Assembly: GCF_029946505.1 (NCBI RefSeq)
Contig: NZ_JARZHG010000009.1
Span: 234,927 to 298,926, forward strand
Origin: Polyangium sp. y55x31
GTDB taxonomy: Bacteria; Myxococcota_A; Polyangia; Polyangiales; Polyangiaceae
DNA length: 64,000 nt
Reading direction: 5' to 3'
A model generated the notes under the pieces. That model was not told where the DNA came from. It did no database searches and worked only from the letters and a program-made list of their open reading frames with translations. Positions 33,101 to 41,969 of this stretch are shown here, piece by piece. The translations under genes were made by a program, and so were the position numbers. Position 1 is the stretch's first letter. Each line of letters starts with the position of its first letter.

Positions 33101-34136
33101 CGCCCTCGACCACCAGATCGAATACGCCGTTGCTACGCGTGAGCGTGTAGCCGAACTCCGGGTGCTCGAGGATGGAGACACGGACGTTGGCCAGCGAAGT
33201 CCAGTCATTCTTCACCACCCTGCCGTGCACGATGGCCACGTGCAGGGCATCGAACGAGAGCGCGGGCTGCCCATCGAAAGGCTGCTGCAGTGCGGGGACG
33301 CCCGGAAGCGCCGGCTGATACAGGCACTTGGCCGCCTCGGCGACGGTGGTCGTCTTGCTGAGATCGTCGAGGTCGCAAACCGAGGCGTGCAACGTTCCAG
33401 TGTTCGGATCGCAGGCCTCGAGCGGGACATTGAGGCCCCCCAGAGGCTGCCCCGGCTCGCACCTGCCCTGGCCGTTGCAGGTTTCCTGTCCATTGCAAGC
33501 ATTACCGTCGCTGCAGGACTGCCCTTGCGGCGCCCAGGTGGTCCCCGAGCACTGGCCGACGCTGTTGCACTGGCTCGCGGTCGTACAACCATTGTCGTCG
33601 TCGCAGACGGCTCCCTGGTGGATGGTCGTCGTGCACGCCCCGAGGCCGTCGCACTCTGCCGTCACGCAAGGGGGCATGTCGCCCGCGCACTTCGTCCCCG
33701 CGGCCGCGGGGCTCTGCGCGGGGCTGCAATTCCCCATACCGTCGCAGGCATCCATGCCATTGCATGCCTGGCCATCATCGCACGACGTCCCCGCCGGCGC
33801 GGTGCCAGACAGGACGCATCGCCCAGTCAAATCGCAGGTCCCGAAGCCCGTGCAAACGTTACTATCGTCGTCGCACGGCGCGCCGGGTATGGGGAAATGA
33901 TAACATGGCCAGTTGGGATCGAGGCCTACGGGTGAGTCCCACGTGCACGGGTTATGGTCATTGCAGGTCCCCAACGCCTGCACGGCGGTACCGAGCTCCG
34001 CCTCCTCCGCGCTTCCAAGCGCGTTTGAATCACCCTGGCAGCCCCCGGCAAAGCCGAACGCGCCGAGCAACGTCGCGAAGAGTGTCCACTTGAAGAAAAA
34101 TGCAGTCCGAGCCGAAGGTCCAATATGCCGACCCAT
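27147..34136 (-). CDS. teneurin-like NHL/YD-repeat RHS polymorphic toxin (2329 aa) with variable C-terminal toxin domain
   Basis: Signal/lipobox N-terminus, Cys-rich modules (CxDxxxC repeats), NHL-type beta-propeller repeats, and many YD repeats (YxYDxxGR…). RHS core terminus [36 protein letters not shown], followed by a roughly 190-aa C-terminal domain of lower GC. Confidence 0.9.
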   Translation of the reverse strand: [2329 protein letters not shown]

Positions 34137-34774
34137 GAGCTAGCTCCAAAAAAGTCACGCCCGTGTGGGGCACTCCACCAAGAGTGACCCACTTACATGC
34201 ATCCGGTGGGTGCGCGCGCACACCTAGATCGAACACTGTTGGTGTAGCAAGAACAAAATGTGAAGAGCACGGAACCCACCGGCAGGAGCCCCATCCAACA
34301 TGTCGCAAGTGCAGGCCGCCGTCGACAACGCCGACGACGGGCTCGACTCCTTTGCTGGTCGCGTCTCGCGCGGTCGACAACGAGATGGACGGCAATACCC
34401 GCAAGCAGCTCCGGGCCGCGCTCTTTAAGAACAAATCGCTCGCGAAATTCCGGCGGCCGGTCCTCGGTGGGTGGCTCGCCCCCATAGCAATTGGAGCGAG
34501 ACGCTCGCGAAATGCGGCGTGCCCGCGCTCGTCGCCATGGTCCCGGAGGTGGAGGAGATCGTCGCGGCGGGCAAGAGCGCCGAGAAGTTACGCAAGAAAA
34601 GCGCAGACTTGCAATCGCGACTTTCGTGACGTCGACATACGCAAGCAATTCGTCGACAAGGTAGACGCTCAGCGCCGCTGGCCGGTGGGGGTACGCTTGG
34701 ACGTACCCCACCGGGATGATGTACGAGGCGTGACTAAGCGGATTTTGGGGTTTGAGGCGGAGCGCCGGAAAGAG

Positions 34775-37168
34775 CTAGCTCTGCCGGCGGCGACGCGCGA
34801 GCAGGCCTGCAATCGCCGCGAAGGCGGCGAGCGAGGCGCCCGCGGGGACGCTGGACGAGCCGGGGACCGCGCAGCCGCAGCCGCCGGGGTCGTTGGTGAC
34901 GGGGCCGCCCGCGGTGCCGTCATTGCCACCCGTGCCGCCGCCGCCCACGCCACCGGCGCCACCGGCGCCACCCGCGCCGCCCGCGCCGCCCGCGCCGCCC
35001 ACGCCCGACGATTGCTCCGGGGTGAACGTCAGGTTCGTGAAGAGGCCGTCGCCGTCGCCGGCATTGGCGACCATCACGTAAGCCGTCTTCATGCCGGCCG
35101 GGACCATCGCGGTGGTGTTGTACGCATTGAGGCCCTGGGAGCCGCCGCCGTCCGGCGTGAGGACGACGGTGTCGGCCGTCGGCTTGAAGGGCCCGTACGT
35201 GAACTGGAGGGGCTCCTCGCCGAAGCGGATGAGGACCTTGGGCTCGAAGCTGCCGCCGCCGAACGGGGAGCTGCCGCCCGTGGTCGCGCCGTCGAAATCG
35301 ATGGTGAGCGATTCGGTGTTCTCCGGCAGGGGCACGCGGACCTGGATGACGCCGGGCACGTAGCCTTGCTGGTTCGAGCCGATGTTCGCCGCCGTCACGC
35401 TCGGCGCAAACCAGACGCCGACGGTGCCGCCGCCGCTGGTCTGGACGGGGAGCGGGCCCTCCATCGTGGAGCCCGCGAAATCGAGGATGCGCGTGCACTC
35501 GGGCAGGACGCCGCGCGTGGTGAACGCCGCCTCGAGCTGGGTGGCGACGGCGTCGCCGAGCGGGGAGGTCTTGACCTGGGCCATGATGAGCTCGGCCATT
35601 TCGTGGTAATGGAGGTCGCCCGAGGGCGCGGCCTCCATCGCGGCGAAGACGGCGAGGTCGAGCTCGCCCTTCTGGGCGTCGGCCAAACCCTTGCGGACGT
35701 CCCAGAGCGCGCCGGAGAAGAGGGTCGCGTCCTGGTGAACCTCGCCGCCGATGGCCTTGGGACAGGCGTCGGGGGCCGCGAGGCTGCGAATGGCCTTGCC
35801 GCTCGGATCGGCGTCCAGGATGGCGTATTCGCCGACGTCGGGGTCGCCCGTGATGGCCGACGAGAAGTAATCGGCGAGGCCCTCGTTCATGCCGCCCGGC
35901 GACATGACGATGCCGTACGCGTCGAGGTGCGGGGTGCCAACGAGCTGGATCGTGGCGTTGACGACGGCGTGCGTGAACTCGTGGTAAATGACGTCGCCGT
36001 CGTAGGCGTAATCCTTGTTCGGGCCCTGGCCGAACATCATGGCGGCGCCCGAGATGCCGAAGATCAAGCCGAAGGGATTCGAGGGATCCGCGGGCGAGAA
36101 GAAGGCATTCGGGAAGGGAACGAGAGGAACGTTCGGGTTGCCGATATTCGCCGGGTTGCCGCCGTAGAGGCCGTCGGGCAGGCGCAGGTTCGCCACCGCG
36201 TCGAGCGGGGCTTCCTGGACCTTGAATTCAGGATTGAAGGTCCGGAAAAACCGATACGCGATCTCGGTGTGCGCGTACATGTGGAGCTCCGAGAACGGAT
36301 CCTCGGACGCCGTGTCCTCGGCCGGCACCGTCGACGTGAAATCGAGCGTGCCCGCGTCCGCCTTCACCGTCTGCACGAGCTCGCAGGTATGGATGGTGAA
36401 ACCCATGATGCTCTTCGTCGTCTTCATGTCGATGCAATTGCTCGCGACGACGAGGGGGCTCGAGAGTTGGTCGGCCCCGTCCGGCAAGCCCAGCGTGACA
36501 GTGTGCGTCTGCGGCGATTTGACGGGGTTCGACGGGAAGATGTCCGCCTGGTGCACGGAGACCGCGGCGTTGTAACGCGCCACGATGTCGCCGGTCTTCG
36601 CGTCGACGACGACGACGGGCGCATACGGAATGGCGAGGCCGGGCGCATAAAAATGCCAGGCGAGGACATTGCCGCCGCCCGAGGGCCAGATCACGAGCCG
36701 GGCCGTCTTGGGGTTCATGTCGACGCCGGCCGATTTGGAGGCTTTTTCAGCGAGGTCCTCGGCCGAAAGCGCGGGCACGACGTCGGCGGGCAGGTCCTCC
36801 GAGAGGCGCGCCGCGACGATACGCGCGACGCCGTCGTCACCGTACGAGACCGTAGCGCCGCGATGCAGCACGGGCACGCCCTGGTGCATCTGCGGCATCT
36901 TGACGATGCGCCGGCCGCCACGCAGCGTCGCGCCGCGCGCGGGGCCGAGCGAGAGGCTCTGCGACCAGGGCGCGCGCTCCGCGAGGATGGCGCGCGCCGA
37001 GGCTTCGAGCGCCGCGGGTTCCGCATCCTTGACCGAGGCGAGCGACTTCTGCGCGGCGGGCGAGAAGGAGCCCACCTCGAGGAGTGTGCGCGGTCCGGAG
37101 GCGGCGAACGCCGTCCCGCCGAGCGCGAGGACCATCAAGCTTGCCGAGAAGGAGGAGAAAAAGCGCAT
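34775..37168 (-). CDS. secreted zinc metalloprotease (thermolysin/fungalysin-like, FTP propeptide) with MYXO-CTERM-type sorting tail
   Basis: Signal peptide. HEFTHAV (HExxH) and NEGLADYF (third Zn ligand region). C-terminal GGCGCAVPG…AAFAAIAGLLARRRRQS is a Cys motif plus TM plus basic tail. Confidence 0.85.
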   Translation of the reverse strand: MRFFSSFSASLMVLALGGTAFAASGPRTLLEVGSFSPAAQKSLASVKDAEPAALEASARAILAERAPWSQSLSLGPARGATLRGGRRIVKMPQMHQGVPVLHRGATVSYGDDGVARIVAARLSEDLPADVVPALSAEDLAEKASKSAGVDMNPKTARLVIWPSGGGNVLAWHFYAPGLAIPYAPVVVVDAKTGDIVARYNAAVSVHQADIFPSNPVKSPQTHTVTLGLPDGADQLSSPLVVASNCIDMKTTKSIMGFTIHTCELVQTVKADAGTLDFTSTVPAEDTASEDPFSELHMYAHTEIAYRFFRTFNPEFKVQEAPLDAVANLRLPDGLYGGNPANIGNPNVPLVPFPNAFFSPADPSNPFGLIFGISGAAMMFGQGPNKDYAYDGDVIYHEFTHAVVNATIQLVGTPHLDAYGIVMSPGGMNEGLADYFSSAITGDPDVGEYAILDADPSGKAIRSLAAPDACPKAIGGEVHQDATLFSGALWDVRKGLADAQKGELDLAVFAAMEAAPSGDLHYHEMAELIMAQVKTSPLGDAVATQLEAAFTTRGVLPECTRILDFAGSTMEGPLPVQTSGGGTVGVWFAPSVTAANIGSNQQGYVPGVIQVRVPLPENTESLTIDFDGATTGGSSPFGGGSFEPKVLIRFGEEPLQFTYGPFKPTADTVVLTPDGGGSQGLNAYNTTAMVPAGMKTAYVMVANAGDGDGLFTNLTFTPEQSSGVGGAGGAGGAGGAGGAGGVGGGGTGGNDGTAGGPVTNDPGGCGCAVPGSSSVPAGASLAAFAAIAGLLARRRRQS

Positions 37169-37305
37169 CGTTGACCCTTGCTTTGGGAAGTCCGAGGACT
37201 AGGGACACGCACGGAAAAGGGCGCGTGCGAATCGATCCTAGGAAGCCCCGAAAGCGAGGGCAACGATTGGAATCGTCCGACGAGAATGTAGCGTCGGAAA
37301 ATTGA

Positions 37306-37863
37306 CTAGTCGCGGATGCTTTCGCACCGCGGGCAAGCCGCCTTGAGCCGCTCGTTCGCGCGATCGATGCGCTCCTGCGCGGCAGCACAACGATCGTCCT
37401 CTTTTCCAGCGAGGTCGCAGAGCCGCGTGGCGGCGCGCTTCATCGAGGCGTACGCGCGGCACGCGCCATGGCAAGGGCTCTCCTCGCCGCCGGTCGCCGA
37501 CATCCCCTCGGGCGTAACCGGCTTGGCAGCCCCCGCCGGCGCTCGCTTGGGCTGCGGTCGCGGAGCCGCAGCATCGGCCGAGGACTTCCTCTCCTCGTCC
37601 GCCACGACCATCACGTTGAGGAAGGTGATCTCCCAGCGCGCCAGGTCCATCTGGGCGTCGTCCGGGGTCCGGAGCTCGTCGGAGGCGGCCGTCGACGAGA
37701 CGGTGGCCGTGGCTGCAGAGGGCGGCGGCGGCGCAGGCTCGGCCGGGACCTCGACCGCCGCCGTGGCCGGGGCCTCGGAGTTCGGAGCCGCCGCGCAGGC
37801 GGCGAGCGCGACGGGCACGAGCGCAAGGAACAAGGACGCCGGACGCAGGAGACGCAAGGACAT
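37306..37863 (-). CDS. lipoprotein, unknown function
   Basis: ATG at 37863 (MSLRLLRPASLFLALVPVALAAC lipobox). Pro/Ala-rich linker and a C-terminal Cys-containing domain. Confidence 0.6.
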   Translation of the reverse strand: MSLRLLRPASLFLALVPVALAACAAAPNSEAPATAAVEVPAEPAPPPPSAATATVSSTAASDELRTPDDAQMDLARWEITFLNVMVVADEERKSSADAAAPRPQPKRAPAGAAKPVTPEGMSATGGEESPCHGACRAYASMKRAATRLCDLAGKEDDRCAAAQERIDRANERLKAACPRCESIRD

Positions 37864-37955
37864 GTCGAAACCCCCAAACGCGAAAAAGGCCGGCACCTTA
37901 CGGTGACCGGCCCTTTTCTCTCTCTGACTCGCGATCCGTGTGGACCACTTCGGGG

Positions 37956-38037
37956 TGCGAAGGGGGGGACTTGAACCCCCACGGTGTTACCCGCTAGCAC
38001 CTCAAGCTAGTGCGTCTGCCAATTCCGCCACCTTCGC
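37956..38037 (-). tRNA. tRNA-Leu (anticodon GAG), type II with long variable arm
   Basis: Manual fold of the reverse complement: acceptor GCGAAGG/CCTTCGC, D-arm, anticodon stem CTAGC/GCTAG with loop TTGAGGT (GAG), 14-nt variable arm, T-arm GGGGG-TTCAAGT-CCCCC, discriminator A. CCA is not encoded. Confidence 0.85.
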
Positions 38038-38124
38038 TCGGAACCGCTTGCTTCGAGGCGACGGAACCTACCCGTTCCGCCTCCAATGTCAACCACTTTT
38101 TTTACGGGGCCGTCGAGGTTGTTC

Positions 38125-39285
38125 TCAGGCCGTGAGCGCCGCGACAATCTCGCCGATCTCGAAGGGCTTGCGCACGGCCTTGACCTCGAAGGACGCGGGC
38201 AAACCCGACAGGTCGCGCACGTTGCCCGAGATGAGGACGATACGCACGGACGGGTTCGTCTCGCGGATCTCGACGAGCGCGCCGTGCACGTCCGCGCCGA
38301 ACGGCGAGAGGTCGCAGAGCGCCGCGTCGAGGGTGCCCGTCTGGAGCGCGACGCCGAGCTCGGCGCGCGTGCGCGCATGCACGATGGTCGCGCCGCGCGC
38401 CGCGAGCGCCGCCTCGAGCAGATCGAAGACGGCGTCGTCGTCCTCGACGACGAGGATACGTTTGCCCGCGAGGACCATCGCAGGCTTGCGCGCCGAGTGC
38501 GGCGGCGCCGGCGGCGAGGAGGGGCGGCGAGGCCAGCGAAGCTCGAACCGCGCAGAAGGCTCGGCCCGCACGAGCGAGAGCGTGCCGCCCGACTCGCGCG
38601 CGAGCGCAGCCGCATAACGAAGGCCGATGCCCGCGCCGCCCGCGCGCGTGGTGACGCCCGCGTCGAGCAAGTTGGCGCGGCGCTCGACGGGCACGCCGGG
38701 GCCTTCGTCGGTCACGCCGAAGACGACGTCGTCGAGTCCGTCGAGCTTCGCGTCGAGATGCACCGAGCCTCGCGCAGGCGAGACGGCGACGGCGTTGAGC
38801 AAGAGGTTCGTGAGGATCTGCAAGATGACGGAGGTGCCCGGCAGATGCGCCGTTTCGAGCGCAGGGTCGAGCGAGGTGCGAAGCTCGACGCCGCCACGTT
38901 TGGCCTCGGGCTCGCAGCCCTTCGCAGCCTCGGCGAGGATCGTCGCGACGGAAGCGGGTACGTCGTCGGGGACGTCGGCGCCGATCGCGCGCCGGACGAT
39001 CTGCCTCGCATGGCGCGCGCGTGATGCGGCGATGGCGAGCGCGTCCTCGACGGTGGGGAGGGAGTCGATCTCGCCACGCGCGCGGTCGATCCATCCGAGT
39101 ACGACGGTGAGCGCGTTCGAGACCTCGTGGAGGACGCCCGCGAGGTCTCGATCGGTCGAGCGTCGCAACGCGGGATCGCCGTCGATGCGCGCGCTCTCTT
39201 TGTCGGCCAAGGGCCCGCGGCTCGCATCCTGCGAAGAGCCTCGTCCGCGCGCCGCCTCGTCCTTACCGGTGTCGGACTCCGCCAC
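38125..39285 (-). CDS. hybrid histidine kinase with C-terminal receiver domain
   Basis: H-box region LHEVSNALTVV, N-box LTNLLLNAV, G-box GAGIGL, then receiver (ILVVEDDDAVF…D…KP). GTG start at 39285. Confidence 0.8.
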   Translation of the reverse strand: MAESDTGKDEAARGRGSSQDASRGPLADKESARIDGDPALRRSTDRDLAGVLHEVSNALTVVLGWIDRARGEIDSLPTVEDALAIAASRARHARQIVRRAIGADVPDDVPASVATILAEAAKGCEPEAKRGGVELRTSLDPALETAHLPGTSVILQILTNLLLNAVAVSPARGSVHLDAKLDGLDDVVFGVTDEGPGVPVERRANLLDAGVTTRAGGAGIGLRYAAALARESGGTLSLVRAEPSARFELRWPRRPSSPPAPPHSARKPAMVLAGKRILVVEDDDAVFDLLEAALAARGATIVHARTRAELGVALQTGTLDAALCDLSPFGADVHGALVEIRETNPSVRIVLISGNVRDLSGLPASFEVKAVRKPFEIGEIVAALTA

Positions 39286-39354
39286 GCCTCCAGCCTATCC
39301 CGGACCGAGGCGAGCGTGTACCCCCGGGACGCAGGCGCGTGACAGCGCGCACGC

Positions 39355-41136
39355 CTACTTCGAAAGCGCGAGGGACGGAGCGAGGGGCATCTGGTAGCGG
39401 CCCGCGAAATCCGTGGCGCCCTCCGCAATCTGAATCACCACGGTCTCTTCGGTGCCCGAAGCCTTGACCGGCATCCACGCGCGAAGGGTCGCGTTCGGCA
39501 CGATCTGTCCAAGTGGATCACGCACCTCGCCGCGGAGCACGACGGGGTACGGGAGGACGAGCGCGCCGAAGTCGAAGGCTTGACCGGCCACGACCTTGAC
39601 CTGTGGGTTCGCGATCCACGGATAAAGCGAGCCGGGCGGCGGGACGACGAGCAGATCGGCGAGGCCGGGATCGGCGAGCAAGGAGAACTCGCCCGCGAAG
39701 CCGAGCGGCGTGGACATCGGTTGCGAGGCCGGCGCGTCGGCGAGGAGGCTGCGCGAGAGGTACGGGCGCGCGGGCGTGCGCGAGGGGGAGACGGAGGCCG
39801 AGCCCATGGAGAGAGGGATGCCGTTCGGCAGGACGACCTCGCCGGAGACGATGGACTTGTCCCGGACCGTAAAACCCTTGCCGCAGACGCATTCGCCGTC
39901 GGCGGGGACCTCGAAGCCGTCCTCGGTGGTGACGGCCTTCGTGAGGTCGAAGGTGGGGTGCGTGGTGACGCGGTACTTGCCGGGCGGCAGGAGCACCGAG
40001 AATATCCCCGCGTTGTCGGTGTCGACGACGGCGCTGTAGATGGCGCTGTTCGAGGCGTTGCCGGAGAGCTCGAGGCTGCGGAAGGAGACGGTGGCGACGA
40101 CGGCGGCGCTGCTCGCGTCGACGACGTACGACGTGACCTTGCGGCCGACGGCGTCGAGGTCGATGAGGGTGAGGTCGGCCTGGATGTTCTTGCTGTCGGG
40201 GTTGAGGGGGCTCAGCGAGGCGACCTGCCAGAAGAACTTCGGCGCATTGGGATCGTCGGGCGGCGGCCGGAGGCGCAGGATGGGCGAGCTCTCGAGGCCG
40301 AAGTCCCAGTAGTACTCGAGGTTGTATTTCGTGAAGAGCGCGAGGGGCGGGTCGACGGTGAGGACCTGCGTGCGCGAGACGGGGATGCCGTGCTTGGGCT
40401 CGACGACCTCGATCGACCAGCCGTTCAAGTCCTTGCCTTCGGGGAAGGAGATGCTGCCGGAGATGACGCGCGGCGCCTCGGAGAGGTGGAGGTCGATCTG
40501 GCCACCCTGGTTGAGGTCGATGCCGCGGTAGTACATGGGCGGCGGCGGCGGCGCGGGGCAGTTCTCGGGCGCGCGCGGGACGACGTGCACGTCGTAGATG
40601 CCGGGCGGGATCTCGACGGAGTAGGCGTCCGTGAAGCCCTCCTGCTTGACGGCCTTGGCCTCGTGATCGGGCAGGCCCGCGTGCTGGGCGTCGCGGTAGA
40701 AGGTGAAGTCCGCTTCGAGTTTGCCCTCGGGCGAGAGGGGGCAGCCCTTGTAGTCGTAGTCGACGTAGAGCTCGATCGGCGAGACGACGACGTGCGAGAG
40801 CTGGATGTCGTGCTCGACGACGAGGCCCGCGCTCGACTGGTCGATGAAGCCCTCGCCGCCGAACGGAACGAGGTAAGGCGTGTTCGCGCCCGAGTTCGCC
40901 TCGGCCGTGGGGCGCACTTCGAGGATGAGGCCGGGAAGATCGACCTTGGTGCCGACGCAGGTCTGGAAGCCGTCGACGCTGGCGCAGACGCCGCCGCCTT
41001 GGCAGTCCTCGTCGGAGGAGCAAGCGTTCACGGCCTCGTCGGCGAATCCTCCGAGCGCGAAGCATCCGGAGAGGATGGGCATGGCCGCTGACACGAAGAG
41101 AGCAGAAGTCAAGGAGAACGCGCGTTTCAAGGTCAA
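39355..41136 (-). CDS. lipoprotein, unknown function (593 aa)
   Basis: Lipobox ILSGC. Start is a TTG at 41136 that overlaps the upstream gene's TGA (TTGA). Cys-containing beta-rich composition. Confidence 0.7.
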   Translation of the reverse strand: MTLKRAFSLTSALFVSAAMPILSGCFALGGFADEAVNACSSDEDCQGGGVCASVDGFQTCVGTKVDLPGLILEVRPTAEANSGANTPYLVPFGGEGFIDQSSAGLVVEHDIQLSHVVVSPIELYVDYDYKGCPLSPEGKLEADFTFYRDAQHAGLPDHEAKAVKQEGFTDAYSVEIPPGIYDVHVVPRAPENCPAPPPPPMYYRGIDLNQGGQIDLHLSEAPRVISGSISFPEGKDLNGWSIEVVEPKHGIPVSRTQVLTVDPPLALFTKYNLEYYWDFGLESSPILRLRPPPDDPNAPKFFWQVASLSPLNPDSKNIQADLTLIDLDAVGRKVTSYVVDASSAAVVATVSFRSLELSGNASNSAIYSAVVDTDNAGIFSVLLPPGKYRVTTHPTFDLTKAVTTEDGFEVPADGECVCGKGFTVRDKSIVSGEVVLPNGIPLSMGSASVSPSRTPARPYLSRSLLADAPASQPMSTPLGFAGEFSLLADPGLADLLVVPPPGSLYPWIANPQVKVVAGQAFDFGALVLPYPVVLRGEVRDPLGQIVPNATLRAWMPVKASGTEETVVIQIAEGATDFAGRYQMPLAPSLALSK

Positions 41137-41720
41137 CCTCCCGTGGTCCCGGCGTCGTTCAGCTCGCTCGTCACCGCCGTGGGATCGAGCGGGCAGCTAA
41201 CTTCGGCGGTTGGACAATTCTCCAGGACCGGCGGACAGTCGCCGACGTCGCATTGCCGGAAATGCCAGGTGATCTGGCTCGAATCCCGGAGGTCTTTGGG
41301 ACAACCGGTCCTGGTATCGAATTCATGCGAGACAACGAGCGTCAGGCGATGGCAGCCGGGCTGAAGCGCAACCACGCCCACCTTGTAAAGAACCCCCACG
41401 AGCGGGCGTGGCCCGTCCGCCAGCGTCGCCGCCGGTAGCTCCGGCCAATTCGGCAATATGTTCCGGAAGGGCTGTTCCAAGGGGTTCTGAAGTCCGTAAT
41501 CGATGTAAAGAGCGGCCTTGACGGATTCCCCGGCATCCTCGGAGGCCACCGACGCGGCAATCGGAAATTCGGGCAAGCCGAGGTCGCCGCCCACGAGCAG
41601 GATGGAGCGCGGATCGGGGTCGAGGCCCGAGGCGACGAGGATCGGCGGTGTCTGCTGCGGCTCGTACGTGACGGGCTCCGCAGTGACCAGGCAACCTGGA
41701 GCGAGCAGGGCGAGCGACAT
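41133..41720 (-). CDS. lipoprotein, unknown function
   Basis: ATG at 41720 (MSLALLAPGC lipobox). The upstream 79 codons of ORF 41133..41957 are Pro/Arg-rich junk. The C-terminus is Cys-rich (CPKD…CDVGDC…CPL). Confidence 0.6.
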   Translation of the reverse strand: MSLALLAPGCLVTAEPVTYEPQQTPPILVASGLDPDPRSILLVGGDLGLPEFPIAASVASEDAGESVKAALYIDYGLQNPLEQPFRNILPNWPELPAATLADGPRPLVGVLYKVGVVALQPGCHRLTLVVSHEFDTRTGCPKDLRDSSQITWHFRQCDVGDCPPVLENCPTAEVSCPLDPTAVTSELNDAGTTGG

Positions 41721-41969
41721 CGCCTGAAGCGATCTTCGGGCCAGCGGGCCGAGGCCCGGGAAATGGCCTTCAGGCGAAGACGGACGGCGCGGCACCCCTG
41801 ACAGCGCTGTCAGGTCCTGGAGTGCCTGCGGCACGGGCCTTCGAGGCGCGCTGGGAGGGTCGAGCCGACGCGCAGGCGAGAGGGCGGGCGAGAGCGGGCG
41901 AGCGACGAGCAAGGGCACCTCCTTCTGGGGCGTGGCACGGCGCAGCGGTCGCCGCACGAGCCCCTTCCA

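Noticed and set aside
34163-37174. 1003-aa + strand ORF
   Set aside because: It is antisense to the well-supported metalloprotease gene, and its translation is Arg/Gly/Asp-rich with no motifs.
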